Positions 49,363 to 59,382 of a DNA stretch of 64,000 nucleotides are shown here, one piece after another. Position numbers and translations under genes: made by a program. The stretch is taken from the NCBI GenBank assembly GCA_963743375.1, contig CAVUQA010000015.1, positions 7,801 to 71,800 on the forward strand, in the 5' to 3' direction. Each line of letters starts with the position of its first letter. The stretch's first letter is position 1. The notes beneath the pieces were generated by a model. The model searched no databases and was not told where the DNA came from. It was given only the letters and a program-made list of their open reading frames with translations. The DNA is from an uncultured Acidobacteriota bacterium (lineage in GTDB: Bacteria; Acidobacteriota; Terriglobia; Terriglobales; Acidobacteriaceae).

Positions 49363-52300
49363 ATGACACATTTGCGCCGCTATATCGTCGTAGCGTTTCT
49401 TGTTGTTCCTGCAGTCATGGCGATTGCCCAGCCCATTCCGTCGGAACTGCTGAATAGCCTCAAATGGCGGCTGATCGGCCCCTTCCGTGGCGGGCGAGTC
49501 GCAGCGGTGGCGGGTGTGCCAGGTGACGGAACAACCTTCTATTTCGGCGCGGTTGACGGCGGCATCTGGAAGACGACCGATGCTGGCGTTGTCTGGGCAC
49601 CCGTTTTTGATAGCGAGCCTATTGCCTCCATCGGCGCCATCGCCGTTGCTCCGTCATCCCCCAATACCATCTACGCCGGAACTGGCGAGTCCGACATCCG
49701 CTCTGAACTCTCGTCCGGAGACGGCGTCTACAAATCTGTCGATGGTGGCCGGACGTGGGTCCACGTGGGGCTCGAGAACACACACCAGATTAGCCGGATC
49801 GTGATCGATCCAAGGGATTCTAATATCGTCTATGTCGGCGCTCTGGGACATGCATACGGACCTAATCCAGAGCGCGGCGTTTTTAAGTCAAGTGATGGCG
49901 GACTACATTGGGTCAACGTTCTCGATAGAGGACCCGAAATTGGCATCTCAGACTTGGCGATCTGCTCATCGAACCCCAATCTGTTGTTTGCGGGAACATG
50001 GCATACCCGCCGGCCTCCCTGGAGCACGTATGCTCCGATGGACGGCCCTGGCGGCGGTCTTTATCGATCCCAAGATGCCGGTAAGACGTGGTCTCTCTTG
50101 GAGGGCAAGGGGCTGCCTGAAGGCGATTGGGGACGTGTTGGGATCGATGTGGCCCCGAACGGCCAGCGAGTTTATGCCCTGATTCAGGCGAAGAAGCCCG
50201 GCCTGTACCGATCCGACGATGGAGGCAATACGTGGGTCCTTGAAAATGCCGATACGCGGCTGACCAGTCGTGCCTGGTACTTCAGCGGAATCACACTTGA
50301 CCCGCAGAATCCAGATGTAATCTACATGCCGAATGTTGCTCTTTACCGGTCAGACGACGGCGGCAAGACTATCTCGATCGTTCGCGGCGCGCCTGGCGGA
50401 GACGACTACCATCAGATTTGGATCGATCCCAAGAACTCCTCCAGCATGGTCTTAGGAACGGACCAGGGAACTACGATCAGCCAGGACCGCGGACGTACTT
50501 GGAGCACGTGGTACAACCAACCCACGGCGCAGCTCTACCACGTGATTACCGACAACCAATTCCCGTACGCCGTCTATGGCGCGCAACAGGATAGCGGGAG
50601 TGCGGCTGTGCTAAGCCGGACCGATTATGGTCAGATCACGCCGCGCAATTGGTTTCCGGCCGGTCCCAGCGAAAGCGGATATCTGACGATCGATCCAAAT
50701 GATCCAAACATTATTTATCTGAGTGCAGCTTATGGCTCGGTTGTCCGATTCAATCGCCATACCGGCCTCAGCCAGGACATTACTCCGTGGCCGGCGTTGA
50801 ACTTCGGTTCAGAGATTACTGAGCGGAAGTACCGCGCACCGTGGAGCCCGGTGCTGGTGTCCTCTCCGGTTGATCCAACGGCACTCTATTTCGGAACGCA
50901 GTACGTATTGAAGACAGTTGATGGCGGCTTGCACTGGGACACGATCAGCCCGGACCTCACCGGATCGACTCAATCGCCGGGAAATGGGAAGGCGCAGGGT
51001 CCGGCTACCGTCACGAACGCGAAACAGCGAGGATATGGGATCGTGTCCACTATTGCGCCATCTCCCCTCAGCCGCGACTTGATCTGGGCGGGTACCAACA
51101 CGGGACTGATTCAGCTCACGACAGATGGTGGGAAAATCTGGAAGAACGTCACGCCTCAAGTCCTCAGTGACTGGAGTAAAATTTCCTTGATCGAACCTTC
51201 GCATTTTGATCCTGCGGTTGCTTACGCTGCGGTTGATCGTAGCCGCCTCGATGATCAGACCCCCTACATCTATCGAACCCGTGACTATGGCGTTAGCTGG
51301 CAGCTAGTAACGGACGGTATTCCCGCTCCAGCTTTCTTGCGGGCCGTTCGGGAAGATCCCGAGACCAAAGCATTGCTCTTCGCGGGAACCGAATTGGGAG
51401 TCTACGTGTCCTTTGACGACGGAGACAGGTGGCAATCGTTGCAGCTGAACCTGCCGGTGACCTCAGTCCGCGATCTCACGATCCATGGTGACGATCTGGT
51501 GATCGCGACCCACGGCCGTTCCTTCTGGATTCTCGACAACATTACGCCGCTCCGTCAGGCTCCAGAGGCAGCCCGTGTCAGCCGAACCTGGCTCTTCCGT
51601 CCAGCTGCGGCCACGCGCATCGACAACGATGCTTTCGTGGGTACGCCGCTTCCGCCGGAGGAGCCCACGGCGGAGAATCCGCCGAATGGAGCAATGATCG
51701 ACTACTTCATCGCTTCTTCAGCTAAGGAGACGAGTCTGGAGATTTTCGATGCGCAACGGAATCTGATAAGGAAGTTCTCTTCTGAAGAGCAGGTTAGAAA
51801 AAGGCACGCAGCGGTTCCAGTGGCAGACCGTTGGCTTCCCAACTCTGAAATTCTGCCGAAGACTGCTGGAATGCACCGTTACGTATGGGATCTCAGGTGC
51901 GGCAGTTCCGGAGAGCTTATCGCAGACGAAGAGTCTGATCTATACCGTCCAAGCGGGCCTAAAGTAGTGCCCGGTACATATCAGGTTCGCCTCACGATCG
52001 ACGGATACTCCTGGACTCAATCGCTCAGAGTCGTCATGGATCCGCGATCGCCGGCAACTCCAGCGATTCTTGCGCAGCAATTCGAGTTGGGTAAACAGAT
52101 ATTTGCCGAGACTATGGATGCGCGACGCGCTTTGGCCGAGATCGGATCGATTCAAAAGCAACTTGCGGATGCCGAACGGAAGTCAGCCGCGCAAAACACA
52201 GAATTGAAGTCGGCATTGGTGGAAGCTCAATCCAGCCTTAGCAAAATCACTACCAACAAGACACGAGCGCCAGAGCAGGGCCCCGGATTGCTGGATGCGT

Positions 52301-52536
52301 ACCAGGATCTCGCCACTGTCTTGCGCATTGTGGAAGGAGGCGATCGTCAAGTGCCAGCACAGGCCACCGCAGTTTTCCAAGAGTCGAGTCGACAAGCCCG
52401 AAAATGTATCCAGGAATGGGCTGTATTCAAACAAGCGCAACTATCGGAGATCAACCAGAAGCTCCGGCGCGCTAACTTGGCGACGATTGCGATTGGCGAA
52501 ATTGAGCAGGGACTCGGATTCCCCATGTCACACTAA
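49363..52536 (+). CDS. BNR/Asp-box repeat protein (sortilin/VPS10- or GH74-like double propeller)
   Basis: Signal peptide MTHLRRYIVVAFLVVPAVMAIAQP and at least 9 Asp-boxes (KSVDGGRTW, KSSDGGLHW, RSQDAGKTW, RSDDGGNTW, RSDDGGKTI, KTVDGGLHW, TTDGGKIW, TRDYGVSW, FDDGDRW). About 1057 aa. Confidence 0.88.
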   Translation: MTHLRRYIVVAFLVVPAVMAIAQPIPSELLNSLKWRLIGPFRGGRVAAVAGVPGDGTTFYFGAVDGGIWKTTDAGVVWAPVFDSEPIASIGAIAVAPSSPNTIYAGTGESDIRSELSSGDGVYKSVDGGRTWVHVGLENTHQISRIVIDPRDSNIVYVGALGHAYGPNPERGVFKSSDGGLHWVNVLDRGPEIGISDLAICSSNPNLLFAGTWHTRRPPWSTYAPMDGPGGGLYRSQDAGKTWSLLEGKGLPEGDWGRVGIDVAPNGQRVYALIQAKKPGLYRSDDGGNTWVLENADTRLTSRAWYFSGITLDPQNPDVIYMPNVALYRSDDGGKTISIVRGAPGGDDYHQIWIDPKNSSSMVLGTDQGTTISQDRGRTWSTWYNQPTAQLYHVITDNQFPYAVYGAQQDSGSAAVLSRTDYGQITPRNWFPAGPSESGYLTIDPNDPNIIYLSAAYGSVVRFNRHTGLSQDITPWPALNFGSEITERKYRAPWSPVLVSSPVDPTALYFGTQYVLKTVDGGLHWDTISPDLTGSTQSPGNGKAQGPATVTNAKQRGYGIVSTIAPSPLSRDLIWAGTNTGLIQLTTDGGKIWKNVTPQVLSDWSKISLIEPSHFDPAVAYAAVDRSRLDDQTPYIYRTRDYGVSWQLVTDGIPAPAFLRAVREDPETKALLFAGTELGVYVSFDDGDRWQSLQLNLPVTSVRDLTIHGDDLVIATHGRSFWILDNITPLRQAPEAARVSRTWLFRPAAATRIDNDAFVGTPLPPEEPTAENPPNGAMIDYFIASSAKETSLEIFDAQRNLIRKFSSEEQVRKRHAAVPVADRWLPNSEILPKTAGMHRYVWDLRCGSSGELIADEESDLYRPSGPKVVPGTYQVRLTIDGYSWTQSLRVVMDPRSPATPAILAQQFELGKQIFAETMDARRALAEIGSIQKQLADAERKSAAQNTELKSALVEAQSSLSKITTNKTRAPEQGPGLLDAYQDLATVLRIVEGGDRQVPAQATAVFQESSRQARKCIQEWAVFKQAQLSEINQKLRRANLATIAIGEIEQGLGFPMSH

Positions 52537-53052
52537 ACCAGATGAGCCCCCTCTGAGAACTTGCTCGAGGAGTTCGAAACAGGCGTTCGCCCGTCGAGTG
52601 CGATTGAAGCGATTACCGCTTAACGCTTGTCGGAGCTGCCGAAACTCAGCTGTCCTGGGCGACTTTTTCATCGCCTCAAGAAGCATTGGCGGCGGCGCTA
52701 CAAGCCTCCTGGCTGCCAAATCCATCCAGCCCTCGGCGGTGGTGACTCTCGCCGCAAGTGTGCCGTCGGGCCAAAAAAAAGTTCTGGATCAACAGCCGGC
52801 TCCCGTCTTCCGAGAGTCCGGCGAAAGCAAGCTCGAGCTCCTCAAGCAGATGCACCTCGTGAAAATACTCAATTTCATCTTTCATGACTACGGGGCCGAT
52901 TCTCAGACGGCGGAACTCGCTCATCGGGAACTCTTGCTCCGCAAAATAACATCATTCGGACGTCCGCCGCTTTGTCCAAGTAAGCAGTGTTCTTCATATG
53001 CGAATTTGAAGTCCATGTCGCCCCATCCCGCAAATAGTGTTCGGACAAACAT
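52528..53052 (-). pseudogene. hypothetical gene apparently broken by frameshifts (one at a T8 run)
   Basis: Three consecutive minus-strand ORF pieces are present: MFVRTLFAGWGDMDFKFAYEEH.., MSEFRRLRIGPVVMKDEIEYFHEVHLLEELELAFAGLSEDGSRLLIQNFF, and WPDGTLAARVTTAEGWMDLAARRLV..CFELLEQVL*. The second junction coincides with the A8/T8 run at 52773-52780. No family was recognised. Confidence 0.3.
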
Positions 53053-53326
53053 GGCAACCTCCTCCAGTGTCAGCAGTTGTGGTCCTTCAGTCTACTATTA
53101 AGGATTGCATAATATAGTTACAAGGGAAACGGCTCTGCCTCTTCCCAGAAGGCGCGGACCAGAGTCGGGCGGCGGCGCATTCGTCGCAGCGCTCGGCGAG
53201 CGTGATAGCTCAGCTGGCCGAACGTTGTCGGACAGAAGTTGGGAAGGTTATGCTGGTTACGGTGCGACCACAGGTACTCGACCGGACCAGTTCCGGCGCG
53301 CAGCCGGGAAGAAACTCCACCCACGA

Positions 53327-53810
53327 TCAGACGGGCACGGATGTGATCTCGTACACGTAAGAATCGCGTCCGGCGGCGTCGGGTCTTGAGCCGACACGAA
53401 CGCCCCCTAATTTCTCGATCGCCTTTTGGGAACGTACGTTCTGCGGACCTATGAGAAAAACCACTCGTTTCACGAATCGAAAAGCGTGCCGCAACATGAA
53501 CTGTTTCATCTCTCTGTTGTACCTGCCGCCCCAGTGCGATCGCACCAAGAAAGTCCACCCGATCTCCACTTCGCTCGCCTGTGCGTCGTAGGCGTGAAAT
53601 CGAGACGATCCAATGATCCTGCCATCTTTACAATCGAGAACCGTTAATGCGCCGCGCGACGCTAGCGATTCACGAAAGAAGGCGCTGAATACGTCGGGCT
53701 TATAGCGATCCCGAACCGGATGCTGTTCCCAAATGAGCGGGTCTGACGCGACCGCGAACAGATCGTCCTCGTCATCCCGGCGGCCTCAGTTCAACGAGCG
53801 CACCTCTCAT
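53327..53810 (-). pseudogene. GNAT family N-acetyltransferase (RimJ-like), N-terminal frameshift
   Basis: An open frame without a start codon reads DDEDDLFAVASDPLIWEQHP...EVEIGWTFLVRSHWGGRYNREMKQFMLRHAF..VFLIGPQNVRSQKAIEKLG. The plausible N-terminus MRGALVELRPPG (ATG at 53810) is in another frame. The break is at about 53770-53780. Confidence 0.7.
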
Positions 53811-54150
53811 CGTGGGCTGAAAATCAAACGGCATCTTCTCAAACTCGCGATCACAAGCCCACCGTGAATCGGCTGCGTTCCCCCACGGCCAGGAGAGCAT
53901 CACAGAACCGCAGGAATGTCACCATATTACTCAATACTCAATAGTAAACCTTCAGGTCTTTATCATGGAGTCCAAGCAACTCGTGGAGATGGATCCGCCC
54001 GGGCGCTAAGGTTCCATATGTGGCCAAGCACCAATCCGATCCTCCTTTCGTAGCCGACATGTTGGTTCAACCTGACGGGTGACCCGGCGCTTGTATCACA
54101 GACAATCGGATTTGACGGCGCTTCGCCAGCGGTGGCTCGGCGAGCAAGTC

Positions 54151-54513
54151 TCAACGAATCGCTTCCTGCTCTGGTGAGGCAATCGTCTCGCTGCGCGCGC
54201 CAACCCGCTCGAACGTAACATTGACTGACCGTTTACCGATTGGTCTTGTACGATGACGAACGCCTCGGTTGACCGTAATCATGTGCCCCGGCAAGAGCTC
54301 TACAGTTCGATCATCAAAATCAATGAAGAGGCCACCTTCCAACGCCAGAAAACTCTCATCGGAGTCGGGATGACAGTGCCAATGATAAGCCTCAGTCATA
54401 GTACTTATACGAACTTCATGATCGTTGACCCTAGCAATTGGATGATTATCGTAGGTCTTCGCGGTTGCTGATTCGAACGAAAGATTAATAACTTCGAAGG
54501 AAGAATTCTGCAT
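54151..54513 (-). CDS. cupin domain protein
   Basis: 120 aa: AYHWHCHPDSDESFLALEGGLFIDFDDRTVELLPGHMITVNRGVRHRT, a two-motif cupin barrel. Confidence 0.8.
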   Translation of the reverse strand: MQNSSFEVINLSFESATAKTYDNHPIARVNDHEVRISTMTEAYHWHCHPDSDESFLALEGGLFIDFDDRTVELLPGHMITVNRGVRHRTRPIGKRSVNVTFERVGARSETIASPEQEAIR

Positions 54514-54814
54514 TCGGTGCCCCCGTTTTCTTGTTTTTTCCCCACGTCACGCTTTTGCCAATATCGATGGCCATTAGGTCTTTCCCAATAGGATCGCTTT
54601 CGGCTTGAGGTGCGATACCTCGAGAATGGCCGCTTGCGTGAAATTGTTCGGGTCTTCCTCAACCGCGTCACGACAGTGTCTTTGGTACAGTCAGATTACG
54701 TTTAGCCCGTGATCCTCTCCGTACCGAATAATGAGCCCGGACGGCTCGAAATGCTGGTTATCGCAATTGTTGCTGGAAGACAACGGTCGATGGAGACCGT
54801 GTTTCTGACTCCTG

Positions 54815-55594
54815 TTAGTCCAAACTAGCGACAAATTTCTCAAGTAACGAATTGAATCGTAGAGGCTGTTCGAGATTGGGCAAGTGGCCGACGCGACGCA
54901 AGACTTCGAGACCACACCGGGGAATCAGAGCCTGCATGGCTTGCGCCTGGGCCAGGGACGAGTACGAGTCTTCATCTCCAATCACGACCAGACAAGGGAA
55001 GGTGAAACCGCGAAGGGCGTCGCGGTAGTCCCTACGCATCGCGCGGCCTCTGACCGCTGCCGCCGCGGTCTGTGCGCGGGTGGCGCAGATCATACGGTAC
55101 ACAGAGGCAGCAAGGCTAGGCATTGCGACTATCGAGGTCTTGCCGATCAGTCTTGGCAAGACCTCGCAACCCACGAGTGCCATTCCCTCTCGCTCCATTC
55201 TTTCCGCCGCTTGAAACCGCTCGGCAACGCCTTCTTGGGTCTCTACTTCGGCGAAGGTTGCCGCCAGCACCATTCCTTCCACGTGATCGGGAAATCTCCG
55301 TCCGAACTCCATGGCGATCTGTCCCCCCCTCGACAACCCGACCACAATTGCTTTGGAAACGTGCCGCTCATCGAGGATCTCCGCCAGATCGGTGGCGAAT
55401 TGTTCCTGAGTGACGGGCGCGTCCGGCAACACGGGAGAATCGCCGTAGCCCCTTAGATCGGGGACGATCAGCCGATGGCGGGCGCGCAACCCATCAACTT
55501 GTGGCTGCCACATCGAGCGGTTGATTGGATGCCCGTGGATGAAGAGTATGCTGTGCGCACCTGCCCCGATATCGTCGACCCAAGTCATGCTCAA
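54815..55594 (-). CDS. alpha/beta hydrolase
   Basis: 259 aa with FIHGHPINRSMW, nucleophile elbow VVGLSRGGQIA, and a C-terminal His in RVGHLPNLEQP. Confidence 0.88.
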   Translation of the reverse strand: MSMTWVDDIGAGAHSILFIHGHPINRSMWQPQVDGLRARHRLIVPDLRGYGDSPVLPDAPVTQEQFATDLAEILDERHVSKAIVVGLSRGGQIAMEFGRRFPDHVEGMVLAATFAEVETQEGVAERFQAAERMEREGMALVGCEVLPRLIGKTSIVAMPSLAASVYRMICATRAQTAAAAVRGRAMRRDYRDALRGFTFPCLVVIGDEDSYSSLAQAQAMQALIPRCGLEVLRRVGHLPNLEQPLRFNSLLEKFVASLD

Positions 55595-55693
55595 CTTCCG
55601 TCAAAGGCGCGAACTAGGGAATGGTTTCCGAGGTTGCCATATCCAGCGACCTAGAGTCTTGCGTACACCTGCGTGTACTGCAGCCGGGCGTTA

Positions 55694-56002
55694 CTAGCGG
55701 TCAAACACCTCGTAGTGCTTTACATACGGAGTCCGCTCTGTCTCAGGGAAATAGCGGTCATCCTCCGGGTAATAAACAGCTCGCTGTGGTTCCGGACCAG
55801 CAAAACCTTTCACGGCCTCCATGTTGTCCCAGAGTGTAATCAACACGTACTCCGTCTGCTCCCCGACTTCTCGCGTTAAAACGAGCACGTCCCTGAATCC
55901 TGGGGTTCCCTTATATTCCTTGAGCCCCGTGCTTTCCAGATAGCCGTAGTACGCCCGGCCCATGCCTGGTCGCGTACAGCCCTGCCAGATTCTCGCGATC
56001 AT
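55694..56002 (-). CDS. antibiotic-biosynthesis-monooxygenase (ABM)-like ferredoxin-fold protein
   Basis: 102 aa: MIARIWQG...YVLITLWDNMEAVKGFAGPEP, with ABM/Dabb-like topology. Confidence 0.7.
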   Translation of the reverse strand: MIARIWQGCTRPGMGRAYYGYLESTGLKEYKGTPGFRDVLVLTREVGEQTEYVLITLWDNMEAVKGFAGPEPQRAVYYPEDDRYFPETERTPYVKHYEVFDR

Positions 56003-56291
56003 TGATAGCGTCCTTTTCGTTCCGACCTACATCCGCACTGATGATCCAGTGGCGGTATGTCGCCGGGGCACTCAAGTGTCGCGTGTGCGAAGCTGCTGCC
56101 CAGCCCACGATTGGGTGGACGGCTGCTTATTGCACCCCATTTCCTTCGGGCCTACTGCGACACATCAAGAAAATGTTTTCCCGAAGTTTTTTCTCCGAAA
56201 ATGTAATGATCATATCATATAATACTCATTACACACGCAGTAAAGAATCCTTAAACTTGCACCTGGAATTGACGATTTGTGGAGTAGCGTC

Positions 56292-56846
56292 ATGGAATTC
56301 CTTTGTCTAGACTTCTTAAACAGCGAGTGGTACGACGGGCGAGGCCACCTAGAGGATCGCTTGCAGATTGAGTCATGGAGGAAGCGCTTTTTGCAACGCT
56401 GGGGGTTCAGCCGAGGAACAAGCCTTACAAATCCACGGCCAAGCGAGATGAAATCGCTTTTGTGCCTTCGTGCGGTTCTGCGCGAGATCGTCTCGCGCGT
56501 CGCGGCAGGTAGGTCTCTCTCCGCTACTTCCATCGACAATCTCAACGCTGTACTTCGCGAAAGGGTCACATTCCCCGTGCTCCTGAAAGTTGGGCGCCGG
56601 TTTGATCTAGAAATTCGTACTGTCAAGAAGGACTGGACCTGGGTAATGGTCGAAGTCGCGGAGTCTACGGGGCAGTTATTGGTTCACGCTGATCTGCGCC
56701 GGATAAAGGTCTGTATCAATGAAGGATGCCGCTGGGCGTTCTACGATCAGAGCAAAGGGCGTACACGGTGTTGGTGTAATAGTCGGCAGTGCGGTAACAC
56801 CGAGAGAGTCCGCCGGTTCCGTAGGGCGCACAAGCGGAAGCCATAA
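56292..56846 (+). CDS. CGNR zinc-finger (ABATE domain) protein
   Basis: MEFLCLDFLNSEWYDGRG.. at the N-terminus, and C-terminal CINEGCRWAFYDQSKGRTRCWCNSRQCGNTERVRRFR. Confidence 0.88.
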   Translation: MEFLCLDFLNSEWYDGRGHLEDRLQIESWRKRFLQRWGFSRGTSLTNPRPSEMKSLLCLRAVLREIVSRVAAGRSLSATSIDNLNAVLRERVTFPVLLKVGRRFDLEIRTVKKDWTWVMVEVAESTGQLLVHADLRRIKVCINEGCRWAFYDQSKGRTRCWCNSRQCGNTERVRRFRRAHKRKP

Positions 56847-57499
56847 CCCCCATCCTACGGCGGCATGGGAGCACGAGTGGCAGGGGATTCGTCTTGAGAC
56901 TGGCGGGACGGCCTTCCGGAATATTCCGGGTTGGCCCCGGCGATCTCGTGGTGGCGCTCCTGATTGGCCCTCTTATTTATTTCAATTATGGACGGAAGCA
57001 CAGCAAAGTTCAGGCGTCCGTAAAAAAGGGTTAAAGAAATCCCAAATGGGTATGCACGATCGGACTCCGAGATGGCGCCTCCTTCTGCCCGTGAGCACTG
57101 GCCGGACGGCGCGATGTGAAGACGCTGTCAGACCTTCTGCGATGTGCGATGAGATTTCGTCGAACAACATATTGGCTATGCGAAAAGACAGTCAAGTGGA
57201 TATTGCGCATACCCGCTTTCGGCATCATTCTTCCGTAGCGGCCCGAGCGTAAAGGACTGGGTAGCCCTCTGGGAGCCGATGATGAGGAGTTGAAGCGACA
57301 AGAGCGGCAGCATGACACTGGAATATTTGTGTAATGGAACCGGGAGACCTACTCTAGGTGGCGAGTGTGAACGGTGTAATGTGACTGGAACACTCGAAGT
57401 AGTTAAATTGCCCCCTGGAGCAACCGAACGAGAGGAGGGCGAAAATTCAAAGTAACTTATTATACCAGCGCAAACTCCAAGGACAGCCACAAGACGAAT

Positions 57500-57820
57500 A
57501 TGACAAACGCCAAGACAAAAATCGCCACGGCCACTCTTGCGTTCTTATTCTCGCTGGCCTTGATTTCTTCGAGCGGCGGAACTGAGAAGCTTCGGAATCA
57601 AGCTCAAAGTGAGCCTCAAAATGCGCCTGCGAATGACACTGAAGTCAAGGGCAAGGTCGTTTATGTCTGCGCCTGTCTGAAAACAAAATCGTGCTCCTGC
57701 ATGACCGAAGCCAAGATGGAAGGTCCATGTGCATGCGGAACCGCTGGCGGGCCTCCGTTGAAGCCCGTTCCTCAAAATAGCGCCTGGGCCAAGGCGAATC
57801 GTCAAGCGCTCGCGCAATAA
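57500..57820 (+). CDS. small exported Cys-rich (3 x CxC) protein
   Basis: 106 aa with signal peptide MTNAKTKIATATLAFLFSLALISSSGG, then VVYVCACLKTKSCSCMTEAKMEGPCACG. All six Cys are in CxC pairs within 25 residues. Confidence 0.6.
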   Translation: MTNAKTKIATATLAFLFSLALISSSGGTEKLRNQAQSEPQNAPANDTEVKGKVVYVCACLKTKSCSCMTEAKMEGPCACGTAGGPPLKPVPQNSAWAKANRQALAQ

Positions 57821-57881
57821 TTCTGTGCCACGGATTGCACATAATCGCTTGGATCATCAGAAAGTAGAAAGGAAGCCCACG

Positions 57882-58370
57882 ATGGCAGACTCAGCAAATA
57901 CGGTTTTCCCATCCTCATCGCTTACGAACCAGCGGCCTTTTTTGGCCATTGGCGTCGGCGGTCTTATTGTGGGCTTGCTCGATCTGGCTTACGCAATCGT
58001 CGTGTACTCCCCGCATCATCCCATTCGGGTTCCACAGACCATTGCCGCCGGAGTGCTCGGCGCAAAATCTTACGAGGACGGTATGGCCAGCGCCGCTTTG
58101 GGAATTGTCCTGCATTTCGTTATCGCCTTCGGCGCTGCCACTGTCTACTATCTCGGAAGCCGCCACCTGAAGTTCCTGATTCGCCGCCCCATTCTATTCG
58201 GCATGTCCTACGGTGCCGCGGTCTATCTCTTCATGCATCTGATCGTCCTACCGCTTTCTGCGGTTCCGCCTAGGCACACGCATTTGACCTATGCAGCCGC
58301 GGAATTCGTTTGGCACTGGTTCGGCGTCGGTCTGCCCATCGCCCTGTCAGTGCGTCACTATTCACCCTAA
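57882..58370 (+). CDS. conserved 4-TM membrane protein (paralog of 28478-28993)
   Basis: ATG at 57882 has AGGAAG upstream. Blocks LLDLAYAIVVYS, MASAALGIVLHFVIAFGAATVYYLGSRHLKFL and MSYGAAVYLFMHLIVLPLSA are colinear with 28478-28993. Confidence 0.7.
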   Translation: MADSANTVFPSSSLTNQRPFLAIGVGGLIVGLLDLAYAIVVYSPHHPIRVPQTIAAGVLGAKSYEDGMASAALGIVLHFVIAFGAATVYYLGSRHLKFLIRRPILFGMSYGAAVYLFMHLIVLPLSAVPPRHTHLTYAAAEFVWHWFGVGLPIALSVRHYSP

Positions 58371-59382
58371 GATGTTTTCCAAATGAATCGGTCGCGAATC
58401 CTCACCGAACTCGAAGTCACCTCGCCAAGATCGGAGCAACACGATTCGACCAGACGTCACTCGAATTGGCGAACTAGGCCCTGCTCCGCCTCGTCCTTCC
58501 GGTTTTCTCGCCATCGCCTTGGACATCGAGACGTTTGTGTGCGCACATCGTGCATTTTCCTTTATCCTCAGGAATCCAATCCCCGGTTTAAGGTCGTCCG
58601 GGTTCTCCCCTTCCTACCGACGATTCCTTGGCCGTTTCCGTGTTCGCCGCAATCTTGGTGGCCTGCAGAGTGGCACTTCTATGCAAGCTCGGGGTGCGAA
58701 TCTGTGCTGTCGTAGTTTGGATGCACGCAAGAACAAGAAGAGGATTGCCGCGTGGATGTTGCGGCCCGAGGATGGAGCGAGAAGATTAGCGCGGTTTCAA
58801 ACAAGGTTTATTCTTCTCGCGTAATCTCCGTTGCCTGTTTCATTCGAGACATTCCGCGCCCGGATATTTACAAGGGTGGACGAACTCAGCGGAAAGGGTA
58901 CTTGTAACCCTCAGGTGGCAATGTAGCGGCAACTTCCGCTCCACTCTTACGATTGGGCATCCAGGCCTCGGCGGCGAGCAGGTCAAATGCATTCAAGACT
59001 CGCCCCGGTGTAACCGTGGCATCCTCGCTGTATGAGGAGATTCCACTCCGCTTCCGGATACATTCGGCTTCCAATTTGCTGGTGCCCGCTGCCGCTCGTC
59101 CCTCCCCACCCACTGTCGTATAGGGTTGTCCCACAGCAACAGTTGATACTGCGTTTCGTCCGATTTGGACGGCGACGTGTAGCTGATAAGTCCCATGTCT
59201 GACAACCTAGAAACATGCGTCCCCAGTTGGACGGCGGACGAAGCCCATCGCATTTCTGGACACTTCTCTTCCAAACTAGTGTTTCCAAAACCGGCAATCT
59301 GACCGTGGCTGTACAGAGAGACGGGGATGTTCCATTCCGTGCCTGCGAGATTGCCCGAGTTGGATGCGAAGGAACCGAGGAT

